A stretch of DNA of 64,000 nucleotides from Geopsychrobacteraceae bacterium (GTDB lineage: Bacteria; Desulfobacterota; Desulfuromonadia; Desulfuromonadales; Geopsychrobacteraceae). The position numbers and the translations under genes were made by a program. Positions within the stretch are counted from its first letter, which is position 1, and each line of letters opens with the position of its first letter. The notes under the pieces are model-generated. The model saw only the letters and a program-made list of their open reading frames with translations. It had not been told where the DNA came from and made no database searches. This document shows, one piece after another, positions 31,124 through 40,739 of the stretch. Location: positions 1,120,001 through 1,184,000 of the forward strand of contig OY759353.1 of NCBI GenBank assembly GCA_963662315.1. Direction: 5' to 3'.

Positions 31124-31738
31124 ATGAATGCATTGCCTAAATTGTATTTAATAACTGACAGGAAGTTATTCCCCACAACAAAGGCATTTCTCGATAAAAT
31201 TGAAGAGTTACTTCAGGCTGGCATTAAAATGCTTCAAATCAGAGAAAAAGACCTGTCAACAGCTGCCCTTTATGACCTATCCGTAGAGCTGCGCAAAATA
31301 TCAAAACAGTATGGTGCACTATTACTAATAAACGACCGTGTAGATATCGCTCTGGCCTGCCAGGCTGACGGGGTTCACTTAGGGGGGACGTCTTTACCTG
31401 TAAGCTTAGTGCGGAAAATGCTCGGGCCTGACAAAATCATCGGGGTATCAGCCCACAATGAAACGGAAATATTAAAAGCAGCCCAAACCGGTGCAACCTT
31501 TGTAACTTTCGGACCTATTTTCTATACAGCTTCGAAAGCAGGTTACGGCTCTCCTGTCGGCCCTGAAGCATTAACGAAAGCCTGCCAAAAAGCGCCCTTG
31601 CCAATTTATGCTCTCGGCGGCATAAAACCCTCGAATGTGTCATCCCTAAAAGCGTCTGGAGTTTATGGAATTGCTGCAATTAGTGCCTTGCTTGAAGCTA
31701 AAAATTCAGCACATACCTGTAGCGTATTTATTCTTTAA
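31124..31738 (+). CDS. thiE: Thiamine phosphate synthase
   Basis: LYLITD, QIREK, INDRVD, DGVHLG and ALGGI motifs. Confidence 0.9.
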   Translation: MNALPKLYLITDRKLFPTTKAFLDKIEELLQAGIKMLQIREKDLSTAALYDLSVELRKISKQYGALLLINDRVDIALACQADGVHLGGTSLPVSLVRKMLGPDKIIGVSAHNETEILKAAQTGATFVTFGPIFYTASKAGYGSPVGPEALTKACQKAPLPIYALGGIKPSNVSSLKASGVYGIAAISALLEAKNSAHTCSVFIL

Positions 31739-31761
31739 GAAACCTGCGGAGGTTAGAACAT

Positions 31762-31796
31762 AAAAAAGCCACATCTGGTAAGATGTGGCTTTTTTT
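31762..31796. terminator. Bidirectional terminator (thi operon / tRNA cluster)
   Basis: AAAAAAGCCACATCT-ggta-AGATGTGGCTTTTTTT. Confidence 0.85.
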
Positions 31797-31805
31797 ATTA
31801 TAAAA

Positions 31806-31882
31806 TGGCGGGGCTGACGGGACTTGAACCCGCGACCTCCGGCGTGACAGGCCGGCGTTGTAACCGACTCTACTACAGCCCC
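31806..31882 (-). tRNA. tRNA-Asp(GTC)
   Basis: Cloverleaf with anticodon arm CCGGC-CT-GTC-AC-GCCGG and encoded CCA. Confidence 0.96.
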
Positions 31883-31885
31883 TTA

Positions 31886-31961
31886 TGGTGGGCGAAGAGG
31901 GGCTCGAACCCCCGACATCCTGCTTGTAAGGCAGGCGCTCTCCCAGCTGAGCTATTCGCCC
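31886..31961 (-). tRNA. tRNA-Val(TAC)
   Basis: Anticodon arm CCTGC-CT-TAC-AA-GCAGG, encoded CCA. Confidence 0.97.
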
Positions 31962-31980
31962 TATTAATACCTTATATCAG

Positions 31981-32057
31981 TGGCGGGGCTGACGGGACTT
32001 GAACCCGCGACCTCCGGCGTGACAGGCCGGCGTTGTAACCGACTCTACTACAGCCCC
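31981..32057 (-). tRNA. tRNA-Asp(GTC), second identical copy
   Basis: Identical to 31806-31882. Confidence 0.96.
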
Positions 32058-32151
32058 GCAGAATAAAAGAGGAAGTAAAAGGGCCATTTATCTTGAAGAG
32101 GGACACCCGTTACTTCCTACTTCTACTTTTTATCTTATCTTGAGGCGATAC

Positions 32152-32424
32152 TCAGTTTACTGCGTCTTTCAAAGCCTTGCCTGCTTTGAATTTAGGCACT
32201 TTAGCAGCAGCAATTTCAATGGCTTCGCCGGTTTGAGGGTTTTTACCGGTACGAGCAGAACGCTCGCCAACGCTAAAGGTTCCGAAACCCACCAGAGCAA
32301 CTTTATCACCAGCTTTAAGCGCGTCAGTAATAGCTTCAGTAAAAGCTTTCAATGCACCTTCTGCATCAGTCTTGCTCAGCCCCGCCTTTTCTGCCATTGC
32401 ATTGACCAGATCCGCTTTAGTCAC
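32152..32424 (-). CDS. hup: DNA-binding protein HU
   Basis: KADLV...GFGTF...[10 protein letters not shown]...[16 protein letters not shown] before a GTG start. Confidence 0.96.
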   Translation of the reverse strand: MTKADLVNAMAEKAGLSKTDAEGALKAFTEAITDALKAGDKVALVGFGTFSVGERSARTGKNPQTGEAIEIAAAKVPKFKAGKALKDAVN

Positions 32425-32554
32425 AGCATACCTCCTAGAAGTTATTAAGTAATTTAAAAATTGAAAACGCGATCATGTATATCAGGTTTACAAAAATACT
32501 GTCAAGTTGTTTTTCCCACCAATATGGGCTTTGCCGCGACTTTAACGACCTTTT

Positions 32555-34909
32555 TTATTGCTTATCAACTGGCGGCATTAAAGCTCGATCAAGAACCAGA
32601 TCCATATGATCGACATCTTCAACAGAAAGTGTTTTTAATACATCTTGGGGTATCTCTGCAAGGTCTTTTTTATTGTCCTTAGGAATTAATACCTGAGTGA
32701 TGCCCCCACGCCTTGCTGCAAGCAACTTTTCCTTTAATCCCCCAATGGGAAGAACCCTGCCACGCAAAGTGACTTCACCCGTCATGGCCAGATCCTTGCG
32801 AACCGCACGCCCTGTCAAAGCCGAAGTAATTGCCGTCGCCATGGTAATACCCGCAGAAGGGCCATCTTTGGGAACCGCCCCCTCTGGAACGTGAATATGC
32901 AGGTCGATTTCGGAATAAAAATCCTTATTCAAACCAAGCTCCTGCCACCTCGACCTCACATAACTGAGTGCAGCCTGGGCAGATTCTTTCATAACATCTC
33001 CAAGATGCCCGGTAACCGTCAGCTTCCCCTTTCCTGGCAGACAGGTCACTTCAATGGACAACAATTCTCCACCGGTCTGAGTCCACGCAAGACCGGTAGC
33101 AACACCGACCTGATCAGTCTGTTCACGCATACCATACTGAAATTGGGGGACACCAAGATATTTAGCGACCTGAAACTCTCCAACTGAAAAAACCTTGTTT
33201 GTTCCTTCAGACAAAGCGCGTTTCGCCAATTTTCGCATAATTGCAGCAATATTCCGATCAAGACTGCGTACTCCAGCCTCGCGGGTATATCGACGAATAA
33301 CTTCGTAAAGAGCACGATCAGAAAAACGAATATTATCCAGATCAAGGCCGTGATTTTCAGCCTGCTTATTCAACAGATATTTACGAGCGATGTTAAGTTT
33401 TTCCTCTTCACTGTAACCAGCGATACTAATGACTTCAAGGCGATCATGTAATGGCCGCGGAATAGCGTGAAGATCATTGGCTGTGGCCACGAACAAAACC
33501 TCTGAGAGGTCATAATCCACATCAAGAAAGTGATCACCGAAGTTGTGATTCTGTTCAGGATCAAGGACTTCCAGCAGAGCTGAAGACGGATCGCCACGAA
33601 AATCCGTACTCATCTTATCGATTTCATCGAGCATAAATACAGGATTCTTGACCCCCGACTTGCGTAGGCTCTGAATAATTTTACCCGGCATAGCGCCAAT
33701 GTAGGTACGTCTATGCCCTCTTATTTCAGCCTCGTCACGCACCCCCCCGAGGGAAATCCGGATAAATTTCCGTTGCAGAGCTTTGGCTATCGACTGCCCA
33801 AGAGAGGTTTTGCCCACCCCGGGAGGTCCAACAAGACACAAAATTGGCCCCTTAATACGCTTAACCATCGCCTGTACCGCAAGGTACTCAAGGACACGCT
33901 CCTTGACTTTTTCAAGGCCATAGTGATCTGCTTCAAGAATCTCTTCAGCTTTTTCGAGATCGTAACGATCCTTGGTGCCCTTCTGCCAGGGAAGGGCCAA
34001 CAGCCACTCTATATAATTACGGACAACAGTAGCCTCTGCAGACATTGGGGACATCATCTTCAATTTCCGCAACTCAGCATAAGCTTTTTCAGTTGCCTCC
34101 TTTGACATCCGCTTTTTCTTTATCTGCTCTTCAAACTGACTAATCTCCTGTTTGAATTCATCATGCTCACCAAGTTCTTTCTGGATGGCTCGCATCTGCT
34201 CATTAAGATAATACTCCTTCTGGCTGCGCTCCATCTGGTTTTTAACCCGACTGCGAATCCTGCTTTCAATCTGCAGTATTTCAATCTCTTGCTCTAAAAG
34301 AGCTAAAAGGTGCTCTAGCCTGTCAGTCGGGTCAAGCAACTCAAGGATTTCCTGTTTTTCAGCAATAGGAATCTGAAGATGCCCAGCGACGGTATCGGCA
34401 AGACGGGAAGGATCGTCAATACCACTAATAGATGCGCTGACTTCAGCTGGAAGTTTTTTACTCAACCCAACATAGGTTTCAAAGGTGGAGTTAATGGCCC
34501 GCATAACAGCAGTAAGCTCTGAACGATCAGAAATTGACTCTTCCAGAGGAATAATATCTGCTTCAAGCAATGATTCAGTTTTTAAAAAGGACCCAATCTG
34601 TCCGCGCCAGATCCCCTCAACCAAAACTTTAACTGTTCCGTCAGGAAGTTTTAGCAGTTGCACAATCTTACCAACGGTACCAACCTGAAACAGATCATCC
34701 TGTTCTGGGTTATCAACCTTCGGATCTTTCTGACTGGTAAGAAAAATTAGCTTATCGCTATCCTGAGCCTTTTCCAAAGCGCCTATAGACTGAGCACGGC
34801 CAACAAATAAAGGAGCAACCATATAGGGGAAGATAATAATATCCCTTAACGGAAGTAATGGCAGGACGCGCCTTTCAGGATGATGTTCGGTAAAAATGGT
34901 TTCGGACAT
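32555..34909 (-). CDS. lon: ATP-dependent Lon protease
   Basis: [25 protein letters not shown] and IGGLKEK motifs. Confidence 0.98.
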   Translation of the reverse strand: MSETIFTEHHPERRVLPLLPLRDIIIFPYMVAPLFVGRAQSIGALEKAQDSDKLIFLTSQKDPKVDNPEQDDLFQVGTVGKIVQLLKLPDGTVKVLVEGIWRGQIGSFLKTESLLEADIIPLEESISDRSELTAVMRAINSTFETYVGLSKKLPAEVSASISGIDDPSRLADTVAGHLQIPIAEKQEILELLDPTDRLEHLLALLEQEIEILQIESRIRSRVKNQMERSQKEYYLNEQMRAIQKELGEHDEFKQEISQFEEQIKKKRMSKEATEKAYAELRKLKMMSPMSAEATVVRNYIEWLLALPWQKGTKDRYDLEKAEEILEADHYGLEKVKERVLEYLAVQAMVKRIKGPILCLVGPPGVGKTSLGQSIAKALQRKFIRISLGGVRDEAEIRGHRRTYIGAMPGKIIQSLRKSGVKNPVFMLDEIDKMSTDFRGDPSSALLEVLDPEQNHNFGDHFLDVDYDLSEVLFVATANDLHAIPRPLHDRLEVISIAGYSEEEKLNIARKYLLNKQAENHGLDLDNIRFSDRALYEVIRRYTREAGVRSLDRNIAAIMRKLAKRALSEGTNKVFSVGEFQVAKYLGVPQFQYGMREQTDQVGVATGLAWTQTGGELLSIEVTCLPGKGKLTVTGHLGDVMKESAQAALSYVRSRWQELGLNKDFYSEIDLHIHVPEGAVPKDGPSAGITMATAITSALTGRAVRKDLAMTGEVTLRGRVLPIGGLKEKLLAARRGGITQVLIPKDNKKDLAEIPQDVLKTLSVEDVDHMDLVLDRALMPPVDKQ

Positions 34910-34992
34910 AACAAAGCCTTAAAAAATGAGAAAAGGAGTGCAGTCACAATAACCACACTCCCGGCATATTCAAAATATCAAATCAATGGACT

Positions 34993-36240
34993 TTATGCGC
35001 TTTCTGCAACATCATAAAGAATGATCGGCTTGGCGCCTTTTGTAATGACTTCTTCATTAAGAACGACTTCCTTGACACGATCTTGAGAAGGAATATCATA
35101 CATAACGTCAAGCATTGCATTCTCAAGAATAGAGCGCAAGCCACGGGCCCCAGTCTTGCGAATGAGCGCTTCCTTCGCAACGGCAATCAATGCACCATCA
35201 GTAAATTTGAGATGAACCTTTTCCATCTCAAATAATCGTTGGTATTGTTTCATCAGTGCGTTTTTAGGCTCGCGAAGAATCTGAATCAGCGCTTCTTCAT
35301 CCAGCTCCTCAAGAGTCGCAATAACCGGGATACGACCGACAAACTCTGGAATAAGTCCGAATTTAAGCAGATCAGCGGGTTGAACCTTAGGCAACAGCTG
35401 GCTTAAATCTTCTTCTTTAAATGAGCGCACTTCAGCACCAAATCCCATGGCCTTGGACCCAATGCGCCGACTGATAATTTTTTCAAGACCGGCAAACGCG
35501 CCACCACAAATGAACAGAATATTTGTTGTATCGACTTTAAGAAACTCTTGTTGTGGATGCTTTCTTCCACCTTTGGGTGGAACACTGGCTGTCGTTCCTT
35601 CAATAATCTTCAGCAAAGCCTGCTGAACCCCCTCCCCGGACACATCACGAGTAATCGAGGGAGATTCGGATTTACGGGCTATTTTATCAACTTCATCAAT
35701 ATAGATGATGCCTTTTTGCGCCTTATCCAAATCATAATCAGCCGCCTGCAGCAAGCTCAGTATAATATTTTCGACATCCTCGCCGACATACCCTGCCTCG
35801 GTAAGGTTAGTTGCATCCGCAATGGTAAACGGAACATCCAAAACCTTAGCCAACGTTTGCGCTAAAAGAGTTTTGCCACTACCAGTAGGTCCGAGCAATA
35901 GGATGTTACTTTTCTGAATTTCTATATCATCATGTTTTTCAGAAAATTCTACCCGTTTATAGTGGTTATAAACGGCAACCGAGAGTGTTTTCTTAGCTCT
36001 TTCTTGCCCAACCACGTACTCGTCAAGAACTTCTTTAATTTCCACTGGTTTAGGTAACTGCTTCGACTCTGCCCCAGAGGCCTGGTCAAGACGGGCTTCT
36101 TCATCGATAATATCGTTACAGAGCTCTATACACTCATCACAAATGTAAACAGTCGGACCAGCTATCAGCTTTTTGACTTCATCCTGTGACTTGCCGCAGA
36201 ACGAGCACGTCAATTGGCTGTTTTCATCCTTAGAACTCAC
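34993..36240 (-). CDS. clpX: ATP-dependent Clp protease ATPase ClpX
   Basis: CSFCGK zinc finger, GPTGSGKT and [14 protein letters not shown] motifs. Confidence 0.98.
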   Translation of the reverse strand: MSSKDENSQLTCSFCGKSQDEVKKLIAGPTVYICDECIELCNDIIDEEARLDQASGAESKQLPKPVEIKEVLDEYVVGQERAKKTLSVAVYNHYKRVEFSEKHDDIEIQKSNILLLGPTGSGKTLLAQTLAKVLDVPFTIADATNLTEAGYVGEDVENIILSLLQAADYDLDKAQKGIIYIDEVDKIARKSESPSITRDVSGEGVQQALLKIIEGTTASVPPKGGRKHPQQEFLKVDTTNILFICGGAFAGLEKIISRRIGSKAMGFGAEVRSFKEEDLSQLLPKVQPADLLKFGLIPEFVGRIPVIATLEELDEEALIQILREPKNALMKQYQRLFEMEKVHLKFTDGALIAVAKEALIRKTGARGLRSILENAMLDVMYDIPSQDRVKEVVLNEEVITKGAKPIILYDVAESA

Positions 36241-36267
36241 CTATTACACCTCCGCCATGCAATTGTT

Positions 36268-36852
36268 TCAGCTTTTTCTTTCAACGATTGAATCGATAAT
36301 ACCATAACTGCATGCGGTTTCGCTATCCATGAAAAAATCTCGTTCCGTATCGTTGCTGATTTTCTCAAGAGTCTGACCGGTATGACTTGCAAGAATTCCG
36401 TTCAAAGACTCACGCATCCGTAAAATCTCCTGTGCATGAATACTGATATCAGTAGCCTGTCCCTGGAAACCGCCAAGAGGTTGATGGATCATGATCCGAG
36501 CGTTCGGCAAAGCATAGCGCTTTCCTGCAGCACCAGCGGCAAGTAGAACAGCCCCCATACTTGCTGCCTGTCCAACACAGATTGTCGACACAGGAGCTTT
36601 CAAGTATTGCATAGTGTCATAAATAGCCATCCCAGCAGTAACTACCCCACCAGGGGAGTTAATATAGAGATGAATATCCCGATCAGGATCTTCAGACTCC
36701 AGGAACAGCATCTGAGCTATAATGAGGTTAGCCATATGGTCTTCAATAGCCCCCCCTAGGAAGATAATCCGATCTTTCAGCAGTCGACTATATATATCAT
36801 AGGCACGTTCGCCCCGACCGCTATCTTCAACAACCATAGGTACTAAACTCAT
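36268..36852 (-). CDS. clpP: Clp protease proteolytic subunit
   Basis: [25 protein letters not shown] and IMIHQP motifs. Confidence 0.98.
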   Translation of the reverse strand: MSLVPMVVEDSGRGERAYDIYSRLLKDRIIFLGGAIEDHMANLIIAQMLFLESEDPDRDIHLYINSPGGVVTAGMAIYDTMQYLKAPVSTICVGQAASMGAVLLAAGAAGKRYALPNARIMIHQPLGGFQGQATDISIHAQEILRMRESLNGILASHTGQTLEKISNDTERDFFMDSETACSYGIIDSIVERKS

Positions 36853-36861
36853 GTCGAACTC

Positions 36862-38187
36862 CTATTCTTCTTCATCTCCAACGTTGTCTGGAGTGATGAC
36901 TTCTTTTTCAACTTCAGTAATCTTAGCGTTGTCACGCAGATACTGAGTTACCTTATCATGAACAATTTGAGATTTCAGACCAGACTTTGCCTGTTCATTA
37001 CCAAAGTACTGTTGTACTTGCTCCAACGGAGCATTATTACTGTCCGCAAGTTCTTTAATCTTTGCTTCAACATCTTCATCACTTGCGTCAATATTTTCCT
37101 GCTTTGCAATAGCGGCAATGAGCAAATCGGCCTTAACCTGCTGTTCAGCCATATCACGATAAGTCGCAGCAAAGCTGTCATCATTCATCCCAAGCATCTC
37201 AAAGGTCATCCCCTGAGACTTCAGTCTCTGAGAAAAGCTGTCTTTAAGATACATGAGTTGGTTTTTGACCATACCCTCAGGAACATCAAAAGGATTGCGG
37301 CTGATCAACTCATTGACGATGCTTTCAGTCACCTGCGTCTCACTTCGTTCAGCTTCAAGAGCGATTGTATTCTCCTTAAGGCGCTGACGTAAAGCCTCCA
37401 TATTTTCAGCATCGAACTGTTTTGCAAATTCATCGTTGAGCTTAGGAACAACTTTTTCTTTTATTTCTTTCAGCACCACTTTAAATACAGCGGCCTTACC
37501 AGCAAGATCCTTGGATCCGTAACCTTCAGGGAAGGAGACTTCAATATCCTTCTCCTGATCACGCTTCATGCCGGCAACCTGGTCCTCAAACCCGGGGATA
37601 AAACTATTTGATCCGAGTTCAAGCTGATAATCCTGTGCCGCTCCATTGGCGAAGGCAGTGCCATCAATAAAACCCTCAAAATCGATAATGACAGTATCCC
37701 CTTCACGGGCAACCTTGCGCTTACTGACTTCCAGCTGGGCATGATTTTCAGCCATACCGTTCAGCTGCCTGTCAACAGTACTTTCATCATAAGGCAAAAC
37801 TTCCTTATCAACTGCAATACCGGTATAATCTTTAGCTTCAACAGCCGGACGAATTTCAACTTCTGCTTCGTAAGTAAAAGGCTTTCCGGCTTCGACTTCA
37901 CTTGATTCGACAACCTGAGGCTGGGAAACAGCGTCAATTTTCTCATCTACTATAGCCTTATAAAGGCTGTTATTAATCAGGGCACCGACTGTGTCGTACT
38001 GAGCTTTAGGTCCGAAATGCTGTTCAAGAATAGCCCGCGGCACCTTGCCTTTACGGAAACCTTTAATATTAGCAGTCTTTGCAATCTTCTTGTAAGCATT
38101 GTTCAACTCAGAGGCAACAACATCCTCTGCAACCTCAATATAAAGTTTCTTTTTAATGGAGCTAAGCTCTTCAACCCTGACGTTCAT
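36862..38187 (-). CDS. tig: Trigger factor
   Basis: GFRKGKVP ribosome-binding signature; FKBP domain FIPGFEDQ. Confidence 0.97.
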   Translation of the reverse strand: MNVRVEELSSIKKKLYIEVAEDVVASELNNAYKKIAKTANIKGFRKGKVPRAILEQHFGPKAQYDTVGALINNSLYKAIVDEKIDAVSQPQVVESSEVEAGKPFTYEAEVEIRPAVEAKDYTGIAVDKEVLPYDESTVDRQLNGMAENHAQLEVSKRKVAREGDTVIIDFEGFIDGTAFANGAAQDYQLELGSNSFIPGFEDQVAGMKRDQEKDIEVSFPEGYGSKDLAGKAAVFKVVLKEIKEKVVPKLNDEFAKQFDAENMEALRQRLKENTIALEAERSETQVTESIVNELISRNPFDVPEGMVKNQLMYLKDSFSQRLKSQGMTFEMLGMNDDSFAATYRDMAEQQVKADLLIAAIAKQENIDASDEDVEAKIKELADSNNAPLEQVQQYFGNEQAKSGLKSQIVHDKVTQYLRDNAKITEVEKEVITPDNVGDEEE

Positions 38188-38298
38188 TCAAAAAATTCCT
38201 TCCTGATTTGGTAATTATTTTATAGAGCTGGAAGTTTAGACAACTCGAATCTATCACATTCTGCCACCTTGATGACAAGGAGTCTCTTCCTAAGGGAA

Positions 38299-38383
<85 letters not shown>

Positions 38384-38471
38384 AATCGACCTACAAAGAA
38401 ACAATGCCCACCCTCCCATACCCACCCTAACGGGATCTCGAGCAAGGAAGGTGAGCATAGTACATTTTGAA

Positions 38472-38548
38472 TGGGGTGAGTGAAGGGGATCGAACCCTCG
38501 ACGCCTGGAGCCACAATCCAGTGCTCTACCAACTGAGCTACACCCACC
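38472..38548 (-). tRNA. tRNA-His(GTG)
   Basis: Anticodon arm CTGGA-TT-GTG-GC-TCCAG, G-1 and C73, CCA. Confidence 0.97.
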
Positions 38549-38562
38549 AGAAAAACCCGGCC

Positions 38563-38591
38563 ATGTTACGGAAATGACTATCCCTTGTCAA
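38563..38591 (-). promoter_or_regulatory. Internal sigma70 promoter between tRNA-Arg and tRNA-His
   Basis: TTGACA-17 bp-TAACAT followed by a GC-rich discriminator GGCCGGG. Confidence 0.7.
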
Positions 38592-38599
38592 TTCAAAAA

Positions 38600-38676
<77 letters not shown>

Positions 38677-38777
38677 ATTAGTCGTTAACAACGAACAGCT
38701 ACCTGGCTAGGTAGGGTGCGTTTCTAGCATGCCAAAATAAGTTTTGCAAATAAAATTTTTGAGCTGAGGCAAAAAAA

Positions 38778-39470
38778 TTAATCAAGCCCCAAAGCAGGGT
38801 CCTCGGAAAAAATATCCGTCTCCGAACGACACCCTTCCTCAGGATTTAACGGGTTGGAAATACTCATATTGTCAACAATAGCTTCAGGGTCTCCTGAAAA
38901 AGGATCACTGACTTTACGCCGGGAAGAAACGGCTGATTTAACATGTGTAACCGTGCGCTGCAAACGCTCAAGGCCAGAGCTTAATCCAGGATCCTCATCA
39001 AAGGGATCAATCAGACCTTGCGTTTCAAGTGGCAAATCAAAGAAGCTGTCTTCTGCAAAAAAATCTGTTCTATAAGCACCACCGGCATCATGGCTGGCAG
39101 AAAAGGAAGCAATAGACAGCGCAAAAAGCTGCTTTATCTCCCGAAGCAACGAACTCGGTTCAGGCAGACCTTCTTTATATAAAGAGGATAATTGCAACAG
39201 CCAATCACAAGCCAACCGGAGCAAATCGGCATCCGACTTGTGTATGGTTGTAGCGGCCCTGACATGCCGATCTAAGAGCTCACGGATATCTGCCACCAAT
39301 ATAATGGCTGACTTGCAGGATGAAGAAGTACAGCCATTCATCAGTTCATCGGAACGGGTCATCATCTCTTTTAACCGCGCCTGCTTACCGATTCCAGTGC
39401 TCAAAAATTCCTGCAGCTTCACAATATAATGGTCGACCATTTCAAAGTCGCTTTTATTTTGCATAGACAT
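38778..39470 (-). CDS. Hypothetical protein: Hpt/CheA-P1-like helical N-terminus plus acidic DxFxxDP repeats
   Basis: 230-aa ORF with RBS GAGGG; Hpt resemblance is by-eye alignment only. Confidence 0.65.
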   Translation of the reverse strand: MSMQNKSDFEMVDHYIVKLQEFLSTGIGKQARLKEMMTRSDELMNGCTSSSCKSAIILVADIRELLDRHVRAATTIHKSDADLLRLACDWLLQLSSLYKEGLPEPSSLLREIKQLFALSIASFSASHDAGGAYRTDFFAEDSFFDLPLETQGLIDPFDEDPGLSSGLERLQRTVTHVKSAVSSRRKVSDPFSGDPEAIVDNMSISNPLNPEEGCRSETDIFSEDPALGLD

Positions 39471-39677
39471 TTACACCCTCTCTGACACCTGCTTGTCGCC
39501 CACCAGGTCAACCATTAAGCGACATAAAGCGATTCCAGATAGAAAATGAGTATCAATTCAAAAGCAGCCAGACACCGTGAACTCATTTATTCGGTGGCGA
39601 CATACGCTCAGCATATACATAAGGCAACACCATAAAGGTCAGCCCTCAAAATACACCCTAAAAAAAGGCGCCATCCG

Positions 39678-40586
39678 TTAACCACGCACAGCATTAAGAT
39701 GGAAATCAACAGGGACCTGTACCTTACAGGGGACCGATCCCCCCCCAACGTGGGCCGGTACAAATTTCCACCGGTAAACAGTTTTACGCGCAGCCTTATC
39801 CAGCACACGGTAACCACTCGACTTCATCAATGAAACTTTGTCAACCGTACCATCCACGCTAACAGTGACTTCAAGCAGTACCCTCCCCTGCCATCCGCGC
39901 GAGCGGGCAACATCAGGATAATCAGGTTTTGGGTTTACGTCATACAGAGGCAGAGCCTGCATAGTGCCGGCTTCTGGATTTTGTTCCCCTCCATCTTTGA
40001 CCAAAACCGAAGCATCATTATAGTCATGAACTGGAACCGAAGCCCCAATCTGCTTCCCTGACTGGGCATCATTACCGAATAAATGATCAACGGCTGCGAA
40101 AACAGGAGACTGAACGACAAAAGGACTCGCAAGAGCGGCCTGGTACTCATCGACATCCTGCCTGCCTGTTTCGGCGGTTTTTCTGGAAAACTGATCAACA
40201 GCTGCGTCCAGATCTGAAATCACTAATGGGTCCGCAGGTTCGACCTCTGCTGCTCGCTTACCGCGAGCCTCCTGGCGCTTCACTATAGAGTTTTCCCCAA
40301 TGGCCTGGTTCTTAATGTTCACAACAGGCAAAGGAGATACCAAAGAAGGCTCTTGTACCTTCGCCGCTGCTGCTGACACAGGCGCAATCGCAACATCAGG
40401 ACTCAACTTACGCTCCGGCCTAAAATCGTAATATGTCGCTGAAACAAAAGAAATCCCGGACTGGGAAGACCGATCACTTGCCATATTCCGATATTGAGAG
40501 CAATTCAAAAGTGCAAACACTAAAACATGCACAATACAGGAAAATAGACAAAACCCGATAAATTTCCCGTTATCACAAAAACCCAT
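39678..40586 (-). CDS. TonB-family energy transducer
   Basis: SCIVH TM motif; NPKPDYPDVARSRGWQGRVLLEV...SSGYRVLDKAA...WKFVPA...VPVDF. Confidence 0.9.
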   Translation of the reverse strand: MGFCDNGKFIGFCLFSCIVHVLVFALLNCSQYRNMASDRSSQSGISFVSATYYDFRPERKLSPDVAIAPVSAAAAKVQEPSLVSPLPVVNIKNQAIGENSIVKRQEARGKRAAEVEPADPLVISDLDAAVDQFSRKTAETGRQDVDEYQAALASPFVVQSPVFAAVDHLFGNDAQSGKQIGASVPVHDYNDASVLVKDGGEQNPEAGTMQALPLYDVNPKPDYPDVARSRGWQGRVLLEVTVSVDGTVDKVSLMKSSGYRVLDKAARKTVYRWKFVPAHVGGGSVPCKVQVPVDFHLNAVRG

Positions 40587-40739
40587 AAGCCCTATCTATG
40601 CCATATTTTGTTATTTTTCCCAATAACTCCTTGATCAAATATCGATTTTACTGATAGTTTGTCCAATCGATTTTAGCTACAAAAGAGTTACAAATTCGTA
40701 TCCAACGATGTTTTTTTAAAGATAAAGATAGCGTTTTAT

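Noticed and set aside
31805..32002. 65-aa plus-strand ORF
   Set aside because: Antisense shadow of the tRNA-Asp and tRNA-Val genes
40587..40606. Sigma54-like TGGCAT-N7-GC upstream of tonB
   Set aside because: The -12 element is GGGC rather than TTGC and abuts the start codon
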